Origin: Octopus vulgaris
Taxonomy: Eukaryota
DNA: 64,000 nt
Assembly: GCA_951406725.2 (NCBI GenBank)
Contig: OX597815.1
Span: forward strand, 114,514,001 to 114,578,000
Direction of reading: 5' to 3'
Position 1 is the stretch's first letter. Each line of letters starts with the position of its first letter. The notes beneath the pieces were generated by a model, which saw nothing but the letters and a program-made list of their open reading frames with translations, had not been told where the DNA came from and did no database searches. Of the stretch, positions 41,771-54,677 are shown one piece after another. The translations under genes and the position numbers were made by a program.

Positions 41771-42881
41771 TTTCTATCAACAAAATGCAAAGAATGATTT
41801 TCACTTTCACGAGTTAAATGAAGCACTTATTAATGCTTACATAAACATTTCATTTGTTACTCTGCTCTCTAGTTTTAGATAGCACCACTTTGTAAATTAT
41901 TGGCAATAACGTATCATCATTGCGTTATTCCACTGTTTCTCTATATTTTCCATAAAACAGAGAGAGAGAGACAGAGACGGAGACAGAGAGAAAGAGAGAG
42001 AGAAAAATTAATAACAACAAATAAATAATGTTGTGCGGTGCTTGCTCCCTATCGTATTTTTTGGTTTATATGAGAATTATAATTCATCGGTTTGGACAAT
42101 TACTCCAGACCCAGCAGACGTTATTAGATTATGCATAAAGTTTCCGGGAAAATTGTAAACATCTACAATTATCAACGGTGAAATATATTAAGAAAACTAA
42201 CAGCTTGAGTACCTCTTGTTTCTGTACTTCGTAAAATAAATGACAGCAAACCAATTTTGTAATGAAACTTTTGACGCGCAAAAGAAAAAAAAGAACAATA
42301 ATAATAGAGAACCGGAAGCTGGATTTTTCGTATTGTTTATATTTAGCACAGTTCTTAGCTTATTACTTCTTCACATATTTATATTTTATTACTTTTACAA
42401 GAGAATATTTTATTCACTTCATATGTACATTACAGTAATGAAATGTAGGTTCTTCAGATGGAAAGCTATGCTGCTTCGTAAATTTGTTACCGGAAGAAAA
42501 TCTTTGACTTGTGTTGGTTCAACAGTCTTCCCGTAAAGGACGTGGTTCGTTTTGCTGTTGTTCACAATATCTTAGTTCATACTACTCGTTGATTTTATTC
42601 AAGTACAATGCTAAACTGAATTAGCAAAAAGAAAGCAAGATTTTATATATCCAAATTAAGAACAGAATTCAGCTCCTACAAGCTTTGTTCAGCTGATTTC
42701 TTCACGTCGCTCAATAACTTTCACAACAAAGGTAAATGCACATCATTGACTCAATGTTAATCACTGCTTATATCTCTATTAATTTTAGTACAATATGATT
42801 TGATTAAGCATCTCACTAAGGAATTGCTTCTCTCTATATGTGGGTGTATGTGTGTGTATGTATGTGTCTATACTAATTATA

Positions 42882-43965
42882 CGAGGATGAGCTGAAAAAT
42901 TCATAAGCTGACTATGAAGGAAAGATGCTTGAGCTCTGAAAGCTTTCATGCATTAATTTCAACTCTTCTTATTCATAACTGCATTGCTTCTCTCCGAGTA
43001 AAATGACATCCGACTCTTCAAAGAAGACTCCAAATGTGACTGGTAGCAACTTCTCTTGAAAAGCGACAAAATTTGGCATCGTGATGTTACCAAGTTCCTG
43101 CAGAAAAGGGGCTTAGCCCCCAAGGGCATTCACGCTGACACACTTGCTACATTAGAGAATGACAGTCCAGCTTTATCAACACTGAAAAAGTGGGCAACTG
43201 AATTTAGGAGAAAAACGAAGATTCTGAAGATGATCCGAAGTCTTGGCGTCCTGCAACTGCCATCACAGTGAACGTTGATCGTGTTCCCCACATGGTAATG
43301 TATGACAGGAATTGACTATAAAAATCAAATAGCCAATGCTATTAGCATGTCCTGTGAGAGAGTTGAGAATATTCTGTGCAATGTACTTGGCTTAACAAAA
43401 GTTTCTGCGTGGTGGCTGTCACGTCTTCTGACACCTGATCAAAAGGTGATGTGATTACCATGCTGATCGCATCACGGGAAAATCTGACATTGAGGCAGAT
43501 CCAGCCGGTTTCCTTGAAACTTTCCTAACCCAGGCTGAGTGTTGATTTCGTCACTTTGAGCCAGAAACGAAGAAACAATCCATGCTGTAGAAGCACCCTT
43601 TCGTACCTGCTCCATAGAAGGCCATGGTTACTTCATCTGCAGGGAAGGTGATGGCCTCAGATTTCTGGGATGCAAAAGGCATTGTGTTTATTGACAATCT
43701 TCAAAAGAGCCATCAATCAATGGAGATTACTATGCCAACTTGCCAAGACAATTACAAAAATTTATCACGACCAAATGCTTAGGAAAACTAACGAAAGGAG
43801 ACTTGTTTCATCGGGAAAATGCACAAGTCCTTGCTTTCAATGGCTTCTGTGTGTGACTGTGGCTTTCAGCTGGTTGATCAGCTTCCCTATTCTCCTGATT
43901 TGGCCACATCTGACGATCATCTGTTCCCCAAATTGAAAAAAACCACTTAAATGGGGACCATTATC
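42882..43965 (+). mobile_element. Decayed mariner transposon, right end missing
   Basis: ta|cgaggatgagctgaaaaattc left end. Motifs KGIHAD...STLKKWATEFRR, WLSRLLTPDQK (WVPRLL-like), SAGKVMAS.FWDAKG and PYSPDLATSD.HLFPKLKK. Confidence 0.92.
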
Positions 43966-44010
43966 GGCAATTTCTTCGAACAAATTTTCCAGAAATCATT
44001 TATACATAAT

Positions 44011-44726
44011 TGATATCAGGGCAATAAAAGTTTTAGAAATTTTTACTACCAGTGGTCTAGCGTATAGAAAAATTAGTCAATAGACTATATATTATTCATA
44101 TAAAATACAGTGTACATTTAAACACATTAAAAAGTGTCCATCATAGGACTCCCTTGCTAGAGGAAACAGCTAAAGTCCAAACCACTAATTAGTGATAAAA
44201 TCTCGAAGGGAATGAAAAGTAAAAATATTTGCCATCTATTTCCTGGACCATGGTTTCTGACTTTTTTTTAAGCAAATAAAATAATTTGCCAGGCGAAGTC
44301 TTCGTCAACATTTTTGCTACCGACAAAAAACTGCGCTTGCGCGATGGATTTGAAAAATTAAAATGCATAAGCAAAAGGTACATGCTGAATTAGCCTCGTG
44401 CTTATATGTTTAATCTTCGTGTACATGTTGACGAAGACTTCGCCTGGCAAATTATTTTATTTGCTAAAAAAAAGTCAGAAACCATGGTCCAGGAAATAGA
44501 TGGCAAATATTTTTACTTTTCATTCCCTTCGAGATTTTATCCCTAATTGGTGGTTTGGATTTTAGCTGTTCTGTCTAGCGTAAGGGAGTCCTATGAAGGA
44601 TACCTCTTAATGTGTTTAAATGTACACTGTATTTTATGTTAATGATATATAGTCTATTGACTTATTTTTCTATACGCTAGGCCACTGGCAGTAAAATTTT
44701 CTAAAATCTTTATTACCCTGATATCA
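44011..44726. repeat. Long inverted repeat: arms 44011-44311 and 44425-44726, 113-bp spacer (foldback/MITE-like)
   Basis: Arms align as reverse complements along their whole length. Confidence 0.95.
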
Positions 44727-44748
44727 TTAATTATAAATATATATACAC

Positions 44749-44879
<131 letters not shown>

Positions 44880-45179
44880 TGTATATATATAAGAGAGAGA
44901 AGGAGAGATTAGATAGATACATACATATACACACATATGTGAATTAATACACAATAACGCACGCGCACACACACAGACATACAGAGAGACACACACAAAC
45001 ACACACACACGCACATATAATGTACATGTATATAATTTGCATGTTTCACTTATTGGACTTCGACCATGTCTAAGTACCGCTTTGCAACATATATATATAT
45101 AATACATATATACATATAAACATGCATCTGTGCTTCCATGGATACGTATACATTCATAGATGAGTGTGTATACACCCTT

Positions 45180-45450
45180 TCATACATACATACATACATA
45201 CATACATACATACATACATACATACATACATACATACATACATACATGCATACATACTTTCATACATACATACTTTCATACATACATACTTACATACATA
45301 CATACTTACATACGTACTTACATACATGCATGCATACATACATACATACATACATACATACATACATACATACATACATACATACATACATACATACATA
45401 CATACATACATACATACGTAAATACATACAAGTGTACATACATATTATAC

Positions 45451-45494
<44 letters not shown>

Positions 45495-45635
45495 GTATAT
45501 GTATATGTGTGCATGTATATATGTATGTAAGTATGTATGTATGTATGTTTGTATGTATGTATGTATGTATGTATGTATGTATGTATGTATGTATGTATGT
45601 ATGTATGTATGCATGTATGTATGTATATATGCATG
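45180..45635. repeat. (CATA)n-(TA)n-(TATG)n self-complementary microsatellite block
   Basis: Direct reading. Confidence 0.95.
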
Positions 45636-46236
45636 TAAGACGGCTCTATTCAAAAGTATGTTAGTATTTGCCATCAGGAAAATTGTCGGTCCTTAAAAAT
45701 GTACAAAAACGTTGCACAAAAAAATGGATAAAAGAACGAATTCACAGAATTTGTTGGCGCCAATAGATTTTGAGAGAAGCTTCCGTTGTTATTTACTTTC
45801 AAAAGAGAAATGTCTTGATGTTTTAAAAGCTCTCTGGTTGCAGAGATTTATCAGAAGAAACCGGAAGTTCAGGGTGATCTCTATCAATTCTGAACGATAG
45901 CTGAAGAAGCATGATGCCATCATAAAAAGCAAATTTTACAGCATCGCTCTTATCATTGAATAATTTTCCAGTACATATTGAAATCCGCTGTGTCAGAGTC
46001 ACCAGTATATTTCGGTTTCCTGTTATATGGCACGGTTAATACTTATATCACAAGAAGCACACTTGTGTATGAATATATGCTTTCGTATGCAAGTTAAAGG
46101 GATTTTATTTTATTATTTTACATATTACTATTTGTTTAGCTAAAACGGATAATTTTGTTGTTGCTGTTTTTTAGCCCCAGATCAGCCTTGATAGGACACA
46201 CTTATAGCTAAATGCATTCCAAGTTACTATTCCATC

Positions 46237-46316
<80 letters not shown>

Positions 46317-46399
46317 AATTAGAATCTGTGCTTTCCGTCCTGTCCCATATCGTGAAATTAAGTCTTCTTTCTACTGATCAACCAAAGGCATGTGAGTGA

Positions 46400-46620
46400 A
46401 ACTTGATAGAAGAAAACAGTGTAGAAGTTTGTAAACGGCGCTATTTCTTGTTTTAGGGTGGATAAACTGAGCCCAGCTTACCACAGTGTGATCCTTAGGA
46501 ACCTTTCGTAGCGTCAACTCTGCTGCAAATAATCGGTCGAAGTCTTTAGTTTGAGAATAACTCCCCGTCTCTATACCAACATTTCTCACCTGACTTATGA
46601 CCACAGACGGTCCAACTGTG
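46400..46620 (-). mobile_element. Highly decayed Tx1/L1-like RT remnant
   Basis: SQTKDFDRL..FAAEL...VSWAQFIH resembles DQSKAFDRV...FRSWI..Y. Confidence 0.35.
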
Positions 46621-47499
46621 ATCATCACGTTTTTTTGTTTTGTTTTGTTTTTTATATCAGGAACTACAGTTTGCAGTTTGTCCTTCTTTATTGAAGACGG
46701 CATATGTGCGATTTTACAAAATTGTGTTAGTGTTTCTAGTAAGTCGGGAAACGACGTGGAAGTTCACTCATTACTCAGTGTTATTTGCCGTTGTGATTTA
46801 TGTTGTCGTTATCTTCAAATCAATTCTCACTGAACAGAGTCATAGAAAGTCGTTCCAGCCGTAGCCATCACGTTTTGCTTTTGCACACAGTGCATAAAGA
46901 CCATAGTATCGAATGAGTCCTTTAGTTAAAACAGCATGGGATTTTACACCACCACCATCATCATCATCATCATCATCATCATCACCATCATCATCATCGT
47001 CATCCTCACCGTCATTATCGTCCTACCATAACCATCACAACTACCATAGGCACTACCACTACCATCAACCCTAACCTCAAATCCCAACCCCATCCCCACC
47101 AGATTGCTTATCTACACTTGAGTAGACTTGCAGTCATGCATTTAAATGTTTGTGTGCACGTGTTGTAAGTGTATACAACAGTAAAACAGGCGCTAGCATA
47201 CTTGATGTAGCTCAGACAAGAGTTTGTAACTAATTAAAATCACACCCTTTAGTAAATGCTTATCGTAGCAAATCAAGTTTACAATAATCTGGTATCGCAT
47301 CCAGGCGCAGAATATTGTCATTCTATGGTGGCACGTGACAATTAATATACAAGTTCTTTACACACAGACGAAAAAGAAAAAAACCCAAAACAATAGAATT
47401 GAAGTGAATGAGGGCTTCTCTACGGGGTTAATTGAGCAGATAGAAATAGCAGGCAGAGCTTCCTGGTCGTGGTAGTTGTGGTAGCTATGGCGGTAATTG

Positions 47500-47568
47500 T
47501 GTCGCGATGGTGATGGTGATGGTGATGATAATGGTGGTGATAGTGGTGCTAATAGTGGTAGCAGCAGT

Positions 47569-47599
<31 letters not shown>

Positions 47600-47720
47600 G
47601 CGGCGGCGGTGGCGGTGGAGGTGGCGGTGGTGGTGGTGGTGGTGGTGGTTTTGGTGGTGGTTTTGGTGGTGGTGGTGGTGGTGGTGGTGGTGGTTTTGGT
47701 GGTGGTGGCGGCGGCGGTAA
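47500..47720. repeat. (GGT)/(GGC) low-complexity tract
   Basis: Direct reading. Confidence 0.95.
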
Positions 47721-47999
47721 TGTGGTGTTATGAAATTTTTCGAAAGGCTGTTGAATGAATCCGAAAAATTTCTCCATATAAACCCAAATCTAGCGCAAAG
47801 TACACCCTACTCTTAAAAATAAAAAAAAAGGACACATACGATAATGTAATCCCAGATAAACTGCGCTTGTAAACTAACTGTACTGTTGGTCATGGCTGGA
47901 AGGTTTTGATGATAAGTTTAATCGATGAGGTTGAACTTGGACAACAATACAGCAACATTACAAAATGGTATTCAAGCGAAAAGCATCGAAGATCACAGA

Positions 48000-48195
48000 T
48001 ACTAGTTTCAAATTTGGCACAAGGCCAGTAATCTTGTGGGGAGGGTGTAAGTCGATTATATCGACCCCAGTGCTCAACTGGTACTTATTTTATCGACCCC
48101 GAAACAATAAAAGGCTATGTGAACTGAGAACGTATAGACTAACGAAATATTGCTAAGCATTTTGCCCGTCATGCTAACGATTCTGCCAGCTCGAT
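48000..48195 (-). mobile_element. SINE family A copy
   Basis: gtcgattatatcgaccccagtgctcaactggtacttattttatcgaccccg...gattctgccagctcg. Confidence 0.85.
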
Positions 48196-48257
48196 GCCCT
48201 GATGGTCACAGATATTAATATTTCTAGGAAACAGTTCTTGGCATTATATATATATAT

Positions 48258-48451
48258 AATAAAAAATGGGACAAGAACGCAAAACATCCGGACAGCTAGG
48301 TGATACAAAAAGGGACAACAAAACATCCAGATAGACGATACAAAGAAAACAAGGACGGGTCATTCGAAACCCTCTATCCTCAGTCAAGCACCAGATTATC
48401 ATCGCAATTTCGGCTGATTATTCTTGAGATTGCTCCAATCTGGCCAGTCCC

Positions 48452-48482
<31 letters not shown>

Positions 48483-49345
48483 GCGCGCGCACACACGCGC
48501 TTGCGCCGGTTCGCGCACGCATGCGCGCCGCATGCACCTCGCCCTTGGACCCGACGAGACCTCCCGCCCGTTCCTGGGATGTCGCTTGTCGTTGGGTTTT
48601 CCCACGCCGGTCTCCGCGGGACCACTCTTCCATCTTCCCCTCCGCTGGAGTCCTTTTCCTTAACCCCCCCCCTTTTTTTCGTTACACACACGCGCACACA
48701 TATACACACATTGCTTAAACATATACATTACTCTTACACACATTCAATCTACTCGCCACTAATACTACCACGACACTGGACACACACACACACTACTACT
48801 CAACACACGCTGGCACGCTACATACGCCCCCACCCCTTCCCCTCCCTCCCTTCCTCCTTCCTCCCTTTTCTTACTACTGACCTTTGTCTGCTATGCTGCT
48901 GCTATGCTGACCACCGTCTCGCCCTACCTCACACGCCTACACACAGACGCACACACTAACACATACATATATTTTTTGTTTTTTTATCTCGCCTCACACA
49001 CACACATACACACACGCACACGCACACACTCACACATACACACACATCTGTTGCGTTACCAACCTTGTCTCCACTCTTTTGCCTTTCAAAACCCACTTTG
49101 CTCTTGTTATCGTAAACATCCGCCTTTCACCATGTGTAACTCCTAACACCAGTCGTTTTTTTCTCTATCTCCGTTGCCTGCTCCGGGATCTTTCTTTCCT
49201 CTCTCTTCCTTCTTTATGTTTCCGACGAAGAGCTCCGCTCGAAACGTCATACCTCCCTGCTTCCATTTCCTGAGCGCCTATTAATAATAATACTGTAATT
49301 GTTCCATTGTTGTTGTTTTTTTGTTTCCCGTTTGGATTAAAATTA
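48258..49345. mobile_element. Penelope-like-element-type terminal sequences between (TA)n tracts (GC-rich body, hammerhead motif near the right end)
   Basis: Bounded and split by (TA)n. Carries a minimal hammerhead motif at 49215-49255 and a downstream ttcctgagcg..taata motif shared with 49600-49760 and 53355-53520. No PLE ORF is seen. Confidence 0.55.
49215..49255 (+). ncRNA. Minimal type-I hammerhead ribozyme-like motif (U4C variant, weak stem I)
   Basis: CCGACGA-A-GAGC-tcc-GCTC-GAAAC-GTC. Stem III is reduced to the palindrome ACGT. Confidence 0.6.
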
Positions 49346-49599
49346 TATATATATATACGGGACACGTTTATATGCTGTAATTTTTGCAACTTTTAATAAA
49401 ACCTGTCCTTGTATGAAACGATTGTACTAAAAACCTATCCATTCTTGTTGCTTCATTCTCGCTTATAATCACCCCACATTACTGTACTATTAAATCAGTA
49501 TAGTTTTTTTTGGTGCATCTAAGTTAGGTACCATATTCAAGTAAATTCATTTAAATTAACTTGAATCTTTATTGCTTTTTGTATATATATATATATATA

Positions 49600-49762
49600 T
49601 AGCTGGAATTTACAAAAAAAAAAAACAAAAGACGAAGACAGGTGTGTAAACAACAAACAGGTGTATTAGTTTAACGCTCAGGAAGGTCAGAAAGTCTTTT
49701 ATGTTTCGAGCCTACGCTCTTCAACAGAAATGAACATGAGAAAATAAACAGAGAGAGAGAGA
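49600..49762 (-). mobile_element. Short PLE-like terminal fragment with hammerhead-like motif (49695-49731)
   Basis: Minus strand ttt-CTGTTGA-A-GAGC-gtag-GCTC-GAAAC-ATA-aaa. Homologous to 53355-53520 and ends in (TA)n. Confidence 0.6.
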
Positions 49763-51750
49763 CTTTGCCTGTCTTCCTATAATCGTTTTCTCTCTCCCCT
49801 ATAATGCCAGACCCTGTTCCTATAGAAGAAACGATTTTGGTGGAATAAGCCTCAGTCTCATGAAACAAAATTTTTTTTAAATCCCCAATGCACGTTCACC
49901 AGAAATCTACGCGATTCAATAATATCCACCAGGCGATATCAAAGCTACTGTTATTAAAATATTTGGGAATCTGAAACTCTAGTAAAAGGGCTGGAATTGC
50001 TACACTTAGAAAATTAACAGTCGCAAGCAGCCTAATGAGGTGCAGCTTCTTTCTGTATGCTATTGAAAAGAAGTATTTCATACTTTTGCACTTACACTCA
50101 ACGTCTTGAAAAATAAAATGAAAGAATTTTGAATTAGTGTAGTCCTAGTTAAGTATGTTTTTAAAAAAATCAGGATGGCCACGGCCGGAATGCCTTGACT
50201 ATAAATCTAATCAAACAAGGTCGACTTAGAGCTAAACAACAATAACATTAGTAATAATCTGTTTACAAACGGGCCTTTTCCCCCCACCATCACCACCACC
50301 ACTAGATATGATTTTCGAAATATGGAATATTGCTAAGTTCAGAGTTCGTATTATCTAGAATCATGACTGAAGTTACATGAATCATTTTTGGTCTATCAGA
50401 CTTCCGGATTCTATCTACACTAGTCTCGAAGCAGAAAGAGTTCGACCCACTTAATCCCGCTTTTTATTTTTATTTTTTCTTGTTTCCTCTATTTCTTATT
50501 CATTACTCTCTATTCTTTCTCCACCTTCCTCTTAATTTCTCCTCCAACAATTCTTGTTTTATATCTCATGCTAACTTGAATATATCAATTCATCTGAATA
50601 TCCACATGGCTTGAGTCAACAACCTAACGAATGCAGAGAAGAAATACAATCAGAATTAGAAGCAAAAACAAAAACAAAAGGCTGCACCTCATTTGTACAG
50701 ATGAGTATCTGTGTCTATCTATGTGCAAGTGTCTAGGAGTAAGTGTCTTTTTTTTTATGAATATGTGTACCTAATAAGAAAACGAAGAATATAAAGTAAA
50801 GTTATAATACAACTTTATAAAATGTATCATCTTAAAAAGATTAAAACATTTTATATTCCATATAATTTGTTGAAATCTAATAGCATTTAATGCCAGCTTT
50901 ATTTACTTAATTCTTTTTTCAGTTAACTCATTCATTCGTTTTTACGCTACAAAGGGGTTTTCTTTTTATTTATCGCTCCATCAAATCTCTATTAAGTATT
51001 ACAAACCTCTACCAACTGTTTATCGTTTCAAAATATATACTATTGTGTCCCTTACATTTCCCAAAATAGGTTTCTTTGCTGTTTTATGAAGAACTGGGTC
51101 ACTGTTCGGTTAATGTGGTGTCAATGTGATGATGAATCACAGGGCTGTTACTCATATTTGTTCCATATCGTACCCAGATGAACCCCTCTTGTCTTATGAG
51201 CAGACCAGTACTCACATCTGGTTCAGGCGGTAGGGTATCAGACTACCGGTCGACGAGTTGCCGGTTCGTATCTACACAGATATTGTGCTACGTACCCCCA
51301 CTCAAGTATTTAAACTCTTATTGGCTCAGTTCGCCAACTTATAAGTTATTATTGTTGATATTGTTTAGCTTCAGATCAGCTTTGACTGAGCAGACATACA
51401 ATTAAAGACGTTCTCACCATGACCGTCTCGTCTAGTGACAGTTTTGAAAACGAAAAGGTGTAATTTGAGTAAAATTTGTATTCAGTTTCTTGCATGTCGA
51501 GTGACTAAGTAGATACTTGGTCGGTGGCTCGCCTTGCTGTATGTATCTGCGATGACTAGATTCCAGCTCAACTTCGTAAAGAGTGGTGGCACAACAAAAC
51601 TAATCTTTCGTTATCTTCAACAGCTGAGTTCAAGTACTCTGATTAGATTTGATGTGGGCTAGACGGCTACATAAGAAAACCATTCAGCCAATTTAATGTT
51701 CAGAACAGGTTGATCGTGTACCTCCTCCATTCAAGGAACCCTGATCCACT

Positions 51751-51871
<121 letters not shown>

Positions 51872-53126
51872 TTCCCACTACCTCTTGTCACCCTTGTTGT
51901 GTCCAACCTCTCTGACCACACACTAACTACCTAACCACTATACGCAGTCCTTCCTCGCCCGGATCATCGTTCTTCTGAAAAATCTCTGCTCATGTATTTC
52001 CTGCAGGGGCTGACTGACAGCAGTTTAAACGGAACAATAAAAGCATCAAGCTCACCGTCTTGAAGGACGTGCACGGGTCATGGGCATTATCCTTTACTGC
52101 ATATTCGGCAAGTAAAATTAAATTCTCATCACAAAGATTTTTATTTTAATATAACAAAGCTGGGCGTTCTCAAAATCGGGGTTATTATCAACTAGCCTAT
52201 TAACTACATACTCTTCTGCGTTGTACACTCGTTTGAGTAAATACTAGAAGGTATTTTGTTCGAGGCTTTGCTGTTTCTACCACTCAAACGTCCTAGTTTA
52301 ATATTGACATTAAAATACACATTGTCGTAGCAGTATATGTATATATTTTGTGGGTAAATGACCATAGGACCTTCATGGTATGATTGCAACTTCAAGGGAT
52401 TGTTTTCTTTTTTCCTTTTCTTTTTCACGGCACATTTCTGTCTAATTATGACTGCAATTAATGATCGAGTGTTTTCACACACAGTCGTACTTAGCGACTA
52501 ATTAACTGGTTTCTAAATATATTTTCGTTAATTTTTTCCTAAACAAATAACAATTCTAGCGACATCTCGATATGTATACATTCAGAACTTACTGTCTGTA
52601 AAATTAACTAATTACACAATTAAATAATTATTTAATGCCTAAGTTCAGATTGATCACAGAATGACATTTGTATATCTAATCTGAATATTAGAACGCATGT
52701 ACTTATGCACAAGGCTGCAAAACCTGTGCGAAAAGCCTGAGTAGCAGAGACAAGACGTGGAAATAAAACTACCATTAGGTATTTGATGAACTGCAATGGG
52801 TGCAGTCTATTTCATGCTATGCAGATATGTGTAGCTTTTTAGCAGCTTTTGTATGGGGATAGTACTGGGCCGGAAACGTTGAATTTTAATGCCTATCTCG
52901 GCGGCCTACCGTGGTTCACAAAATAAAGGGTGAAAGTACTGCGAAAATCCAATAACATCAGCTGAAATCTGGACGGCGGTTAGTGTTTGTGCGAGGGGCA
53001 AATAATCTGGTTTGAATGGTCCAACTAAAAGAATAAAAATACCGATTAAAACAGCACACCTCACGTATTGAATAACAATTTAGCTGAACACACACACGCG
53101 CGCGCGCGCACACACACACACATACA

Positions 53127-53326
53127 CGAGGGGTCGCTGAAAAGTTCCTGGTTTTAAGGGTCACGCGAAAGGCCTGGTTGGAGGCCCAGCCTTCCAAGTT
53201 TTTTTACAGGCCTTAGAAAATAAGTGTGTGAATCTGAGAGAAATTATGTTGAATAAAATCACATCATAATTAACTGATCTTCCTGTATTTCCTTTTACCC
53301 AAAGCCAAGACCTTTTCAGCACCACC

Positions 53327-53327
<1 letters not shown>
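53127..53327 (+). mobile_element. ~200-bp mariner-derived MITE
   Basis: Ends cgaggggtcgctgaaaagttcctgg and ccaagaccttttcagcaccaccg are imperfect TIRs. Retains the transposase C-terminal KCVNL..NYVE*. The left end resembles that of 42882. Confidence 0.8.
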
Positions 53328-53354
<27 letters not shown>

Positions 53355-53358
<4 letters not shown>

Positions 53359-53520
53359 TTGAAATTTATAGAAAAACAAAAGACGAAGGCAGGTGTAAGA
53401 ACAACAGGCAAGTGTATTAGTTTGACGCTCGGAAAAATGACAAGATCTTTTACGTTTCGAGCCTACGCTTTTCGACAGAAAGGAATGAGGAAATATATAG
53501 AGAATGAATGAAATAAGAAC
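53355..53520 (-). mobile_element. Short PLE-like terminal fragment with hammerhead-like motif (53447-53482)
   Basis: Minus strand CTTT-CTGTCGA-A-AAGC-gtag-GCTC-GAAAC-GTA-AAAG. Stem I CTTT/AAAG pairs perfectly. Confidence 0.65.
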
Positions 53521-53934
53521 ATGCACAATTATAATATTATAAATATATTCATAATTCCCGTCATTAGACACAACCACAGATAAAACCTCTTTAACGTCAA
53601 CGAAGGAGACTCTTTGTGGACCTTACAAGAAATAGCAGCCAAATCTATCTCAACTAACATTTAGCCGTCCTAAAAAAACGAAAGACACATTATGTACTGT
53701 AGTTCTAGATATTCCTAAAAGGACGATGTGGTTTCAGCCGGCATGCTTTTAATCATAGGTCTATTTGATTATAGTTGATCTTGAGCAACAACAAAATCTA
53801 CTTTAGCGCAAATACCTTATTTTCTCAAATGATAAAAAAAAAGCAACCACACAACGGACAAAGAACTCTAATAGAACGACTTCCTGTTCACCAGTTACTA
53901 GTTTTGCAAATATATATATATATATATATATATA

Positions 53935-54120
53935 ATCGGTTTCAAATTTTGGCACAAGACTAGCAATTACGGATAGTGGATAAGTCGATTACATCTACCT
54001 AAGTGTTCAACTAGTACTTATTTTATCGACCCCGAAATGGATGAAAGACAAAGTCGACCTCATCGGAATTTGAACTGAGAACGCAAAGACGAACGAAATG
54101 TCGCTAAGCATTTTGTCCAG
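53935..54120 (-). mobile_element. SINE family A copy
   Basis: gtacttattttatcgaccccgaaatggatgaaagacaaagtcgacctc core. Confidence 0.85.
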
Positions 54121-54138
54121 CTTTGTGAGTGGATTTGC

Positions 54139-54162
54139 TAGACGGAAACTGAAAGAAGCCCG

Positions 54163-54196
<34 letters not shown>

Positions 54197-54220
54197 CGGG
54201 CTTCTTTCAGTTTCCGTCTA
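54139..54220. repeat. Perfect 82-bp palindrome: family-C SINE segment mirrored about (TA)n
   Basis: tagacggaaactgaaagaagcccgtc-(at)n-gacgggcttctttcagtttccgtcta. Confidence 0.97.
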
Positions 54221-54529
54221 TATAAAGATACAGATATAAAGATACAGAATATAATTTTATTCTCAAACACAGAATAATGCTAATAATATAGCATGAACAG
54301 GATAAACTATACATATTTTGCAGAAAAATCTGTCGGCGGTCAGCCATGAGTACTAGGCTTAAGTTATAAGTCCTGTAGTCAATTCGTTCGGCTAAAACCC
54401 TTAAAGGAGGTGCTCCAGCATGACCACAGTCAAAATGACTGAAACAAGTAAAAGAATAAAACACACCCACACCGGCGCTTATTCTCATTAAGAAACAATG
54501 TGCGTGTGTGTGTGTGCGCGCGCGAGTGT

Positions 54530-54619
54530 GTGGTTGTGGTACAGTCTCACTGCATGGTACCTTGGGCAAGTGTCTTCTAATATAGCCTCGGACTGTCCAA
54601 AGCCTTGTGAAAGACCGTA

Positions 54620-54677
<58 letters not shown>

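Noticed and set aside
47358-47777. Proline-rich (formin-like) or glycine-rich exon
   Set aside because: A pure GGT/GGC tract, with no splice or domain support in the flanks.
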